The notes below the pieces were generated by a model. It saw nothing but the letters and a program-made list of their open reading frames with translations, made no database searches and had not been told where the DNA came from. From Podarcis vaucheri (lineage: Eukaryota), in assembly GCA_965113315.1 (NCBI GenBank), contig OZ220363.1: a DNA stretch of 64,000 nucleotides; one strand, given 5' to 3'. Of the stretch, positions 48,500 to 60,335 are shown piece by piece; the stretch's first letter is position 1; every line of letters starts with the position of its first letter. The translations under genes and the position numbers were made by a program.

Positions 48500-48980
48500 A
48501 GACAAACAAACAAATAAAACTTTCCATTTGACAGTGATGACCAGTACTCTTTCCCCAATACTCTTTAACCTTTTTACATGCTCACTGCATATGAAAAAAG
48601 GTTTCCTCCCTTTCTTTACAATTCCAACACAAATCTGATCCTACTTTATACATCTTAACCAATCTACCCAGAGTTAAATACCATCTATGGATCATTTTCA
48701 TGTGATTCTCTTTCAGTGCGTCACATGCAGTAAATTTCAAATCGTTCTTCCAGAGTTTCTCCCAAAGATTTAGATTTATGTTATGCCCTATATCCATTGC
48801 CTAGTGTGTCATTGAAGCTTTAACTTGCTCATCCTTTGTTTCCCATTCTAGCAATAATTGATATATTTTAGACTATAGGTTGTCCTTGTTCTGTAATAAA
48901 TGTCTTTCATACTGTGAACTTTGGTCCAAAACCCCATTTTTCTTCCCTAGTTTAAACATGTTGTATAACTGATTATACTT
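48500..48980 (-). mobile_element. L1-clade LINE ORF2 3' fragment
   Basis: Minus ORF 48582-48797 LWEKLW...LKENHMKMIHRWYLT...CWNCKEREETFFHM resembles the zf-RVT-like Cys/His C-terminus of L1 ORF2; degraded. Confidence 0.75.
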
Positions 48981-51922
48981 GGCGCCTCATATTTTCCATT
49001 GGTTTTAATCTGGGCTCACTCCCCGTGTCTTTGACTTACTTTGTGGTTCAGTGCCTATCATACTCTCCCCCCACCCCAATTTGGCAAATAGTCAGCTGCC
49101 TTCACTCTGTTTCCCATTTTAGAGTGGGAGTAGTTGAGGGACAGAGACTGGATAAGCCATTATCAATAAAACTCCTTCATAGGAACATGAGAAGCCCCCT
49201 CTACATTATCAGACCAAAAACCTACCTAGCCAATATTGTGTTTCCCAAAGTGGTCTTTGACCACATGTCTGTGAGAAGCCCACAGCCAAAACATGAGGGC
49301 AATAACCCTCTCCTGCTGCTCTGACTGGTAACCCAGGGCACACTGCTTTTGATTCTGAAGGTAGCAGATAGTTATCCTGTCCAATGCCCATTGATAACCT
49401 TATCCTCCATGAGTCTGTCCGATCCTCTTTGAAAGCTGTCTAACATGGTGGCATCATCACATCTTGCGGTACCAAATTCCTGCTCTGTGTGATAAATCCC
49501 TTTGACTGAATGGTCGGCCACAGAAGACTAGCTCCATACCCCATGTGAAAAGTGTAGAGCAAGCGGTCACCAACCTTATTAGGCCTGTGGTCAGATTTGC
49601 AAACATGAGAAACTTTTGTGGGCACCCCCCACCGCAGCACAACAGCCTCTTCTATGGGTTACCACAGAATGATTCTTCCAAATTTCTAATTTCAGTGAGG
49701 GGAGGGGTGTACCTTGGGGACAGCAAAGATGGCCTCTGTGAGCACATGGACACCACATTGACAACCCCTTAGAATTGCCCCATCCTCACTTTGCCCCCTT
49801 GTTGTGTGGAGTAGGAATGTGGGGCAAAAAGAATGACTGCTAAGGAACAAGAATAGATGCCAGTTCACCTGATTCTGCTCGCAAATATATGTTTAGATGA
49901 AACCTCAACATGCCCCCATGAGGCTAGTCAGGCAATTACTGCCCACACATATAAAAGCTGGGCTTGTGGGAGTGTTTGTTTGCTGTTTGCATCTTATCTG
50001 AAGAAAAGTTTGAAGGCTACAGCTGGGTTAATTGAGGCGCTGCTTTTTTCCCCTCACACAAGCAAAACAGCAAACACTTGACAGTTGCTTATGGGAATCA
50101 TACTAAAGATAGCATTTGGCAAAAGGAAAAAACACATCCTACTGACACCTAATAAGGCAATTAAGAAGACCTCAGAAGTACCTCAGGCCAGGCTAATTGA
50201 TCTAAGCAGGCCAACAGCACCGGGGGTGGGGGGTGGAAATAAAGACTGTTTTGAAGTCTATTTAGGCGTTGATGGACAATGCCCCGGGTCTAAGGTCTTC
50301 CGCTTACCAGCAGGGCAGCAGTCCACAGCAAAGAACCATTTTCTTCAGTCACCCCTCTCACGGCCATTGCTGACAGAAAAGAATAAGCTGACACTGTGAG
50401 GGAGTTGCATGCTCAAACAGCCGCCCACTTCGCCCTCCCTATGTTCCTGTGTGAGGCAGCCCTCGTGGGAGGGATAGTGTTGTTTCAGAGTGCAGCAGCT
50501 GTAAGTGCACTTGTCTCTGAGGGAAATGTCTCCTTCCCTCCCCCAAATTAAGCTAAAGAAACTTCGGCAGACTTCTTTTGACTCCTACATGGAGCTGCTT
50601 CCGAGGCTGGGTGTCTATTCCCAGCCTCTATGGTACTGATGGCAAGGAGAATCCTTCACCTAGCAGCCACCTAGCAGCTGAGGAGGACAGCAGCTGGGCC
50701 AAAGAAGCCTACTTACTAGTTCAATCTAAAACTGCTGACAACCACCCACATGGGCCACCCAGAGGCCCGATTGGCATCTCAGTCTGTGTCTCTTATGAAC
50801 TCAGTCCTATTGCGCATTGTTTACTTGGGAGTAAGCCCCACTGAATTCAATGGGACTTTCCCCCAAGTAATACAGCTGAGATCCTATGACCAAAAAAGCC
50901 ACTCAACTCAGTCACTGTGGTACACAGCCTCCACCACCCACCACCATTGTACCAGGTGGAACAGGCCAGAGAAGTGGTGATTTGAGGGAGAAGGTACAAG
51001 GGCAGCCTGCTTTGACCAAGTCATGGGAGCTATGATGGGCAAATACCAGAGTTCATTTGGGGGTCTCTGAGGCTTGCTGAGTTTTACATTGGCCTCTACA
51101 GAGCTGAGCAATCACAATTTCCTGGGTGTTTTCAGAATAGATACTGCATGGCTCAACCAACCTAAATTCAGTGCTGGCTAACATAGGCTTAAAGTAAGCT
51201 AGAGTAGACCAGGCTGCTTGCTGAGATAGATAGAAAAGCTTGGAAGTCAAGATTGTGTAGAAATTCAGCCTGAGGCAAGTCCTAGTCCCTCCAGCTCTTT
51301 CAACTTCTCCATGCATGGACTTGGAAAATGCCTGGAGTCTAGACCATTCCTTTGTTTGGAAATGAGACTTCCTTGCTACATTGGATGCCTTTTTAATTTT
51401 TGTCTCTTATGAGCAGGGTTAAAAGTGTCAGGCAATGGAGAAATGCTGGACTTGGTCATAGCTGTGGTTTGGCAGCAGCGCATCATCCTGTGCTTCCACA
51501 GGAAACAAATGTCAAGGCAGGGACTGCATGCTTTTTCACACGCAGGTCTTATTGTGCAGGGAAAAAGGTTATTATATTATTAAACACAGTAATCCAGTCC
51601 ATATTTGTGGTGATTAGTGGTGGCTACCCAAGAGTAGCTTATTTTTAATTTTCATTTATTATTCCAATTACAGTATATTCTACCTCATCCCCGCAACAAC
51701 CCTGTGTGGTAGGTTAGGTTAAGAGATTTGTGATTGGCTCATATGCATGCAGTGAGCTTCATGGCCCAGTGATGAAATGAATCCTGGTCTCCCAGGTCCT
51801 AGTCCAACACTCACCACTACACCACACTGCCCCTTGTAACACAGTCTAGTATTATTATCCTCTCATTATACAGGGGGCTGAACTCTAAGCCTGCAGCTTG
51901 GTGGTATCTACTTAGGGTCATC

Positions 51923-52357
51923 CAGTGCTTCTTTTTCTGGGGAGACGCAGGAGTACACATACCCCTAAACCAGGGGTCAGCAAACTTTTTTAGCAGGGGG
52001 CCGGTCCACTGCCCCTCAGAACTTGTGGGGGGCCAGACTATATTTTCAAAAAAATAATGAATGAACCCCACAAATAACCCAGAGATGCATTTTAAATAAA
52101 AGGACACATTCTACTCATGTAAAAACACACTGATTCCCAGACCGTCCATGGGCCGGATTGAGAAGGCAATTGGGCCGGATCTGACCCCTGGGCCTTAGTT
52201 TGCCTTCCTATGCCCTAAACATTTTGTGAATCTTTGTACTTTTGTCCATTTACTGTATTTATTTTTCCCCAATTTGAACTATAAAATGGTGATTTTCTTG
52301 AGTCAAAATGAGAGTACCTCTTAAACATATATATTTTTTTATAGAAAAAAAGCACTG
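51923..52357. mobile_element. hAT-type MITE (outer element of a nest)
   Basis: TIRs CAGTGCTTCTTTTTCT / AGAAAAAAAGCACTG; 8-bp TSD GGGTCATC at 51915-51922 and 52358-52365. Confidence 0.8.
51971..52212. mobile_element. hAT (Charlie-like) MITE nested in the previous element
   Basis: Ends CAGGGGTCAGCAAACT / AGTTTGCCTTCCTATG, internal GGGCCGG motifs, 8-bp TSD CCCTAAAC at 51963-51970 and 52213-52220. Confidence 0.85.
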
Positions 52358-53730
52358 GGGTCATCTAATTTATCCTCGCTGCTCTTACTGCAATCTAGGT
52401 TCTTGAACAGCCCTCAGAAGCACTGTAGTGGAAGCTCTTAACACCTGCAATGTACAGCTAGGGGCTATGTAGTTGTTGTTTTGGCTTTCCAAAACAATCG
52501 GACACCACAACGATCGGACACCAACAAATTCTTCAGATTGTAGCCTCAAACTCAAAGCTGAACACTGACATAATTGCACCCCATTCACTTTCATGCAGAC
52601 GCACTGCGCATTCACCCCTCCTAACGCTGCAAAATGAGGGTCCCACTTCCAACCAGAAGCCAAGGACTCTTTCTGTCTCTATCCTTTCTGTCTCTATGCA
52701 TATTTTCTAATTATGTTTCTTGACTCTTGGCTCAGATCTGGGAAGGATGCAGGGCTGATACTGCTGGCAAGATTTCTTTTGTTCAGTCTTGTTTGTGTGA
52801 CTTTTCTTATCACGGTGATCTCATAATTTTGCACCTTGTGCCAAATTCATAACTCTAGTGGGATTAATTTGTCTCATGATCTAACAAGTATTAAAATAAA
52901 AACAAAGCTAAAGGAAGGGTGCAGTAGATTGCTTTGTTTTTAACTTTCTGAACTTGGATACAAGAGGCGACCTGAGGACTAATTCCATACCAGGGGTGAT
53001 TAATGCCCAGTTTTGGGGCTTGAACTCCACCCAATAAGCCATTTTTTCTGCTCACCATGACCCCACTACTTTTGGCAGCAATGGCAAAAATAAAATATGA
53101 ATTAAACTGGATAGAACCCTGAGGTGGGTGGAGTCCTGTGCCCTAATGCTGATGCAAATAGTCTCTTCCCTGGTTATCAGATCTATCATTAGATGAGGAG
53201 GAAAAGTGTGATAGCAAGCAATCAGCTGAAAATGAGCTTTGGTATTCCAGGGACTGTTGTCACCACCAGATCCCCATCCCTACTGTGCTCTGCAGGATAC
53301 TATCTAAAGATATTATCTCATCAGGAATTCCTTTCTACACAGTCAGGCCTTTAGGGTGGTGGCATCTAACTTGGGGAACTCCCCCTCTTCACATGTCAGA
53401 CATCTCTACTGTCTTTTCAGCATCTGTCCAAGTCTTTCCTCTGTCAACAAGTGTACCTCAGTCAGTATCTGTTTTGAATTTTGAGTGTGTTTGTATGTGT
53501 GTGTGTGTGTGTGTGTGTATTAGTTTTAACTATTTTAATGTGTGCAATGATTTTGTATATGGTTTTATTGTATGGTGAAATTGCTTCAAGATGCTTCATA
53601 GGAAGCATGAAGATCATCATCATCAGGTATTGTAATCATACTGTATGAAAAACTGTGGGGCTGTAATAAAGACTCAGGTGTGTTTTCTGGCTTCCACTAA
53701 GAACACAGCTTCGTAAATTAACTTACAGTA

Positions 53731-53980
53731 CAGTCGTACCTTGGTTGTTGAATGCCTTGGTACTCGTATGTTTCGGCTCCCAAATGATCGAAACCAGGAA
53801 GTGAGGGTTCCGGTTTTCAAACTTTTTTGGGGAAGCTGGACATCCGATGTGGCTTCTGCTATTGTTTCTGGCACGCCTGTGCAATCAGAAGCCAATCAGA
53901 AGCTGTGCCTTGGTTTCTGAATGTTTTGGAAGTCGGATGGACTTCCGGAACGCATTCTGTTCGAAAATCAAGGTACAATT
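53731..53980. mobile_element. Tigger-like MITE, right TIR degenerate
   Basis: TA-CAGTCGTACCTTGGTTGTTGAA left end; TTCGAAAATCAAGGTACAATT right end. Confidence 0.65.
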
Positions 53981-54271
53981 CCTATGGCAGATGGTTGCCG
54001 TATTTCAAAAAGTGAAAATCTGGACACAAAAGTTATTGAGCCTTTTTTTTGGAAAAATCTAAAAAAGAAAAGAAAAGAGTTTTTGAGCTTTCTTTAAAAA
54101 TAAAATTTAAAAATTGCCAGAATAAAGCCTACACTTCCGACATGGGCTTTTCCTGGACATTTTAGCGATTTCTGCTCAGACGCTGTTTACGAGAGCCAAA
54201 TACTGGCTATGTCCGGGAAATTCCAGACGTATGGTGGAATTAGATGTAGATGTCTCACTCTCCAGAGAATG

Positions 54272-54501
54272 TTACAGATAGGTAGCCGTGTTGGTCTGCC
54301 ATAGTCAAAATAAAAAAATTCCTTCCAGTAGCACCTTAAAGACCAACTAAGTGAGTTCTTGGTATGAGCTTTCGTGTGCATGCACACTTCAGTGTATCTT
54401 CAGTGTATCTGAAGAAGTGTGCATGCACACGAAAGCTCATACCAAGAACTAACTTAGTTGGTCTTTAAGGTGCTACTGGAAGGAATTTTTTTATTTTGAC
54501 T
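54272..54501. mobile_element. Penelope-like element remnant forming a long inverted repeat
   Basis: 88-bp arms 54303-54390 and 54414-54501 (1 mismatch); flanking direct repeat CTCCAGAGAATG at 54260-54271 and 54500-54511. Confidence 0.75.
54405..54442 (+). ncRNA. Minimal type I hammerhead ribozyme motif
   Basis: GTAT-CTGAAGA-a-GTGTGC/AT/GCACAC-GAAA-GCTC-ATAC: both catalytic core boxes, stem II, 4-bp stem I and a palindromic minimal stem III. Confidence 0.65.
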
Positions 54502-56104
54502 CCAGAGAATGAAATTTGTATATGCAGCCTGCAATACTTTTTGTACGCATGTTGCTATAAGAGGAAGCAGTGGTGGTGGAAGTGACTTTCCCCACTCATT
54601 TTCTCCACTACCGCTCAATATTGAATGACATAGTGTCAAAGAAATGAACCTCTTTTCACCTGACATCTTCTGGAAGACACGAAACTGTTGACCATGAACA
54701 AAGTGTCTCACTGAAGAATGAAAGCAAAAAAGGGGGAGAAAGAAGTTTGTTGGCTATTTCCTTTCAGGAGTGGGGACAAGGGATGTGGGCTGCTGTTGTT
54801 TTCAGTCCAGAGTGCCATCTATTAGATTTGTCATGCAGCCTCTTCATTTTCCATTTCCTCTCAAGGAGGGAAATGGCCTGAATGGAGTCACCAGAAGAGA
54901 GAATTTAAGCAACATGACAGGAAGCAGAGACTTTAAACCTGCACATTGCCTCAAGAAGAGGAGTTGGGAAAAGGGGGGAGGAAGCAGCAACATTTAGCAA
55001 AATGTCTGAAGGCGATAAGAAAGGTGACAACATCCTGAGGCATGGCAAGGGGACAGAGAGTAGAAAATCCCTGGGAGAGGTACAGGTATTCATTTGTGTA
55101 GAAAAAATAGATTGAACCCATATTAAGTAACTCACTTTAGACCCATTGAGATCAATAGGACTTACTTTTGTCATGACTAATTTATTCCATTGATCTGAAT
55201 GAGCATAACTGTATTGTGGGAGGGATTCAAGCACGTATATACAGTTTTAGGTTTGCGCAGTTAAGGTGGATTAAAGTGCTCTCTTGCCCTAGCATGTTAC
55301 AAATCCACCTTAAAAAACGGACAGTTTGCAGTTTGGAAAATGATGGTGAAATGCTTCTTAGAGCCTACACACAACAGAACCTTGAATACTTGCTTAATTA
55401 AGAACATTTGTTTAATATGGGGTGATATGGAAGTGGGGTTTTGTACAGTAGCACTGGTTATATCTTAAACTTATTCTTATTTTATTTTTCATAGCCCGCA
55501 GAAATGGGCTGTTCATTGCTGGAACCACAGTAGACAGAAACTGAAATTAACTAGAAAGAAAAGTATAAGAGAGGACTCTTGCTCCAGCTCCAAATAATAT
55601 GGGGTTTTAATTTATCCCAAGAATGATCAGATTACCACGAATTATTTAACAACACCCACCTTAGCCATTTCTCCTCTCCAAATCACATTGTCACAAAATG
55701 GTTGTTCCTGGAATAAAAAGGCTGTTGCAGTTTGGATAGTGACCTTTGTGTATAATGAATAGTTATTAGGTTCTGGCTTTCGCTAATGAATACAGCACTA
55801 CCAAACACTGAAAGGCTGTAGAAAGTAAGACTTGCCCATTTTTGCTGAATTGAGCTTTGAGAGGCATCCTGATGGATCTTTGCTGAAAGAGAGTTCCACA
55901 GCTGTGTTGCCACCACTAAAAAGGCCTTGCCTTCATGCTCAATAATGCTGAATGCCTTGTGATGGTATCCTTGGATAACATGCTTAGGCAAGGAAAAGGA
56001 ATGAAAGGAACCTCACAAATGTACAGATTGTATTAGCAAAAACATTGCAGCGGCACACACACAGTCACAGAGAGACATTGCCCTACTGGCTCCTGGTTGT
56101 GTAA

Positions 56105-56213
56105 ACACCATACATTTAAAGCACGTCTAAAGCAGCCCCCTGCAAGAATGTAGGGAACTGTAGTCTGCACAGTGCTACAATTCCCAGACCTTTAGCAAAC
56201 TACAGTTCCCAGG

Positions 56214-56255
<42 letters not shown>

Positions 56256-56269
56256 TAAATGTATGGTGT
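56105..56269. mobile_element. Palindromic MITE with an internal (TG)n tract
   Basis: Ends ACACCATACATTTAAAG / CTTTAAATGTATGGTGT; related copy at ~33100-33226. Confidence 0.6.
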
Positions 56270-56693
56270 GTATGTAAAACCTGAAGCTGCTCACCCAAGC
56301 TATCAAAACTGTAATGACTGGGATATTTCAAGTAACACTCATCAGGCGCCATTCCTCCTTGCCCACCCAAAACTGAGTCCGGAAAGAGCTCACACCTCCC
56401 CTAGCAACCATTTATGCCTTTGCAAGTTGACTCCCATTTTCACACATATGCTGAAAGCTGGCGGAAACAAAGAATGTAGATGTACATGGTGATAATTAGC
56501 TCTTGACACAGACTTCAATACAGGAGGGCCAAGTAGCTTTTTAAAAGTGTTGCTGTGCTTGAGCATGACCCAAAAATAGGAGGAGGGAAGTGCTGCAGTT
56601 GCTCTGTATTTAACAAATGAACAACAGCAACAAAATCCCAGTAAAAGGTTCATTGCAAGAAATGTTTCAAGCGTTCAAATGAAGCTTTCAAAT

Positions 56694-56903
56694 GGAGAGC
56701 GGGTGCAGTGTAATAGTTAGAGGGTCAGATGAGGATACCAAGGTTCAAAACTCCACTTGGCCATGAAACTCACTGGATGTGACCTTGGGGGCCAGTCACT
56801 GCTTCTCAGCCCTAACCCACCTCAAAGGGTTGTTGTGGGGATTAAATGAGGAGGGGGAGAAGCATGTATGCTGGCTTGAGCTCCTTGGAGGAAAAGGTGG
56901 GGT
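56694..56903 (+). mobile_element. Squam3/MIR-like SINE
   Basis: Same head/core/tail layout as 59910-60139; further copies at ~37045-37225 (+), 46320-46490 (-), 51680-51831 (-) and 63185-63320 (-). Confidence 0.7.
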
Positions 56904-57479
56904 AGAAGTTTGCTAGATGACTACATGACCCTTGGGTTCTTTCCCAACTCTACAGTTCTGTGATTCGAAGCGCAAAAAATAAAAATCACACAAGATTCCA
57001 TTAGAAGTATTCAAAATTGCATTAGGTCAAAAGGAACCAGTTCTTGCATGCTTAGCTTGGTCACCTATAGATGCTGGGCCTGAGAATTTCAAAAAGGCTG
57101 CCAGGGTAAAAACTGTGGGTGCTTCAGAGAAAGAGACTGAGGCTGAAATTTGTTCAGCATGAAAGCACAACAGGCAATCCAACTATAAGTGAATCATCCG
57201 CTTGCACAGGTATAGAGAAGCTGTGGTCCTGCAAGTGTCACTCCAGCTCCCATCAGCCTCACCCATCATGGCCAATGACCAGAATACAATGGGAAATGTG
57301 GCCCAGCAATATCTGGAGGGCCACAGTTCCCCCACCCCTGCTCTAAGGCTCTCTTTGCGTTTGGCAAAAGCATGGCAAAACAGAGAGGCTGGGAGGCAAA
57401 TTGTAGCCAGAGAGGAATTTTCAAATAGGCTTGGCAACAGGCTTGCAATAAGGAAATTTGCCCAAATCTACACTCAACA

Positions 57480-57583
57480 TGGGTTGTCATACGTCCGGAT
57501 TTTGCCGGACATTTAAGCGATTCCCACCCGGACACTGTTTCTAGCAGCCGAATCCCGGAATTTCCGGGTATATGGCAGCCCTA
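57480..57583. mobile_element. MITE with GGGTTGCCATA / TATGGCAGCCCTA ends
   Basis: Inverted ends and internal CCGGAC repeats; related pieces at ~53990-54238, 60550-60660 and 62020-62080. Confidence 0.6.
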
Positions 57584-58408
57584 CTTGGCAGTCAGTTTGG
57601 TCTCCATTTAGCCAATTATATGTGCTAATATAGGAAAGTGTGTTACTAGATGAAGTTTGCACTCTGCAGGCCTAGATACTGGTTGCTGGCCACTACCAGA
57701 GATCTCCTTTCCTCCCTCCTGATTCAAGCATGTGACTAAAGAGGCAGTCCAGCTGTCACAACCCAATTCTGTGCTATGTTTGGCTTGGGGAAGGCTAACC
57801 TCTATCTACCCCATATGGTCTCTCAGCTGTGTGTGTGGGAAAAAGAATATCAGCAGGTGCAACTTGGCATTTTTAAGCCTGTGGAAGTAAAGTTCACAAG
57901 TAGGGTGTTATGCTCACAGCCACCTTCTGAAGTTTGCCTCTGGGTACCTGTCAATCTTTGATCACCTGCCTCTCCCTGCATAGGTTCCATTCTTCACAGA
58001 TACAAGAAGTTGCATATAGAACTCTATATGCATAAATTTGTCTAAAAATCCTTTTCCAACTAAAGTTCCAAAATAAGTCTCTTCTGAATGATGAGAACAG
58101 GGGGAGAAGAAAACAGAGATGGCATCATCATAGCACAAAGCTACTGCAGAATCAAGTATGAAGAACAAGGAAGGACAGACACATGCTAGACAGAGCAATC
58201 TATTGACTGAATTTAAAGCATTTCTAAATCACTTGATATTTAAGCATTTCCGAGAGGTATGCTAAAGTGCCACTTAAAAGCAGATGAAGCAGGCATTGAG
58301 TAACAGCAGGGCTCAGGGAAAAGCTGGGCAAGAAGATATGTGTTCACTCGAGATGTCTGAAGCAGCTGATGGGTGATGCTTCATGTGTGGCAGAGGGAGG
58401 GTCATTGC

Positions 58409-58409
58409 A

Positions 58410-58441
<32 letters not shown>
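58409..58441. repeat. (AATC)n microsatellite
   Basis: Direct reading. Confidence 0.9.
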
Positions 58442-58443
<2 letters not shown>

Positions 58444-59909
58444 AGGGGCAATGGCAAAAGATGCTCATTTTTGGGTCACAGCCATGTGATATTCTGTAAG
58501 GTACAGTGCCATGAGTATAATTTCCCCAGATGATCCAAGTAATTTACAGGTCTATACAGGGGTAGGTGGTCATTCAGGTAACCTGGTCTTGAATTGTTCA
58601 GGGAACCTAACTAAAGGGTGTGTGACCAGGGATATATGAAGTCAACACATTTTGATTTGTGGCTGTGGGTTTGGGGATTCTTCTCATGGACCCATGTGGC
58701 TTCCTTCACTTTTTAAAGGATGATTTAATAATATACTCTGTGAAATTGCAATAACTGGTTGGTTGAGTGAAGGTGTGACATTTGGGGAGTAAGAGATGAC
58801 CCTCAAAATAAGGGCCAGTTGGCAAGGCAACTCTGGGTTTGGTGATGCCCTGAAACAACCACATCTGAATTTGACATAGACCTTTGGGTTGCCTCTCTAA
58901 TCTTGCAAGCAAGGTGCCACTGAGATGAACTCAACATGTGTCCTGAGGACTTCTCTGCCAGCAAAGTGAAATCCAGCCTGTTTTGTTTTCCCTTCCTTCT
59001 GGGAGACAAGGTGAGGAATTTCAAACCCTCAGATCAAAGGGCTCCATGGTACCTTGTGTTTGGTAGATCTGGCCCCAGCTGTTAAGGATCAGGCTTCCCC
59101 TGTGGGAAACAAAAGGAGCAAACTGGAACCGTAAACCAGGAAAGAAGGCTCAAGAAAATTAGCTTCCAGGCCTCTTGCTTCCAGCAAACAGGAAAGATAA
59201 ATACTGCTGGGCAGGACAAATAAAATGCAGATGACAGTAAGAGACATTCTAAGCTTTGCTACTCAATGAGGATGTTAACAACTGGGAGAGGGTGATAAAT
59301 TCTGTTGCTCAGGATGACAGTGTACAACTGAGGAGACAGAAGTAGGTGACAGGGTCTTCCATAAAGAAATGACATAACCTACTCTCATTTCTAGGAGAAG
59401 TAGGTTTGAGACTTGGACCTAGATGTCTTCCGCTGAGCTACCGTCTTTCCCTTTCTTTATCTCCCAAATTGCTGATGTGGCATCTGCCTGCAATGGCCTA
59501 GGTCAGGAGACAATGCTGATTCCCCCTTAGGAACAAACAGGAGTACTGTGGCTGATAACTCTTTGGCACTCTTGCAGCAGGAATTTTCTGCCATGTGTCT
59601 TTGGGTTGTTGATGGCTCCCTGGAGAGAAGACCAGTCTCTGTCTTCTTTAGCATCTGTGAGCCAGGGCTACATGGCCTTGAGATAGCAGCATTAAATCAG
59701 TCACAAACCCGTGACATGGACAAACAGGAAGAATAAATATCTCTGGGGCTGTGAGCAGGATAAGGTGACAGTCAAAAGGATGCAAATGTTATTCTGAAGT
59801 TCCTCTTTGAGTTATTGAGGCACGGCCCAGTGTCCTGTGTGTGAGATCCAAGTCGAAAATGGGAAGAACAAAAAGGGCTTTGTGTGGGGTGAAATGCAAC
59901 CCCTCAAAT

Positions 59910-60139
59910 GGGAGCCAGTGTGGTGTAGTGGTGAGGATGTGGGAGCCTGGGAGATCAGGGTTCAAATCCCCATGAACCTTACTGAAAATCCCCATGAACC
60001 TTATCTTGGGCCAGTCATTGCCACTAAGCCCAACGTACCTCACATGGTAAAAAGATAAAATATGGAGGAAGAGGACCATATATGCTACCTTGAGCTTCTT
60101 GGAAAAAAGGTGAGATATAAAAGTAATAATAAATAAATA
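59910..60139 (+). mobile_element. tRNA-derived SINE with L2-like tail (Squam3/MIR-like)
   Basis: A box GTGGTGTAGTGG, B box GGTTCAAATCCC, CTTGGGCCAGTCA core, (TAAA)n tail. Confidence 0.75.
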
Positions 60140-60239
60140 CATCTCTACCAGTTCAGTGGGAGCACAATGTATTTCCTCACTACACATGTACCAGCAGTTG
60201 GGGTGTTAACTTACTTCCAAACATAAAAACTAGGAGGAA

Positions 60240-60335
60240 TGATAGCACTGGCATCTTTCTTGAGCTATCCACTATTACTCCAAAATCTTGTTCCTTGTCA
60301 GTCACTGGTTCAAGCCCCAAGAGCACATATGTGAA
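60240..60335 (-). mobile_element. CR1 LINE RT remnant
   Basis: Translates LEPVTDKEQDFGVIVDSSRKM, like the CR1 ERDLGVIVDSSLKM motif. Confidence 0.6.

Noticed and set aside
56066-56080. Third CTCF-like site (minus strand GCCAGTAGGGCAATG)
   Set aside because: Core is one base short of the CCASYAGRKGGC spacing.
59910-59975. tRNA gene
   Set aside because: A and B boxes are present but there is no cloverleaf, and the sequence continues into a SINE body and tail.
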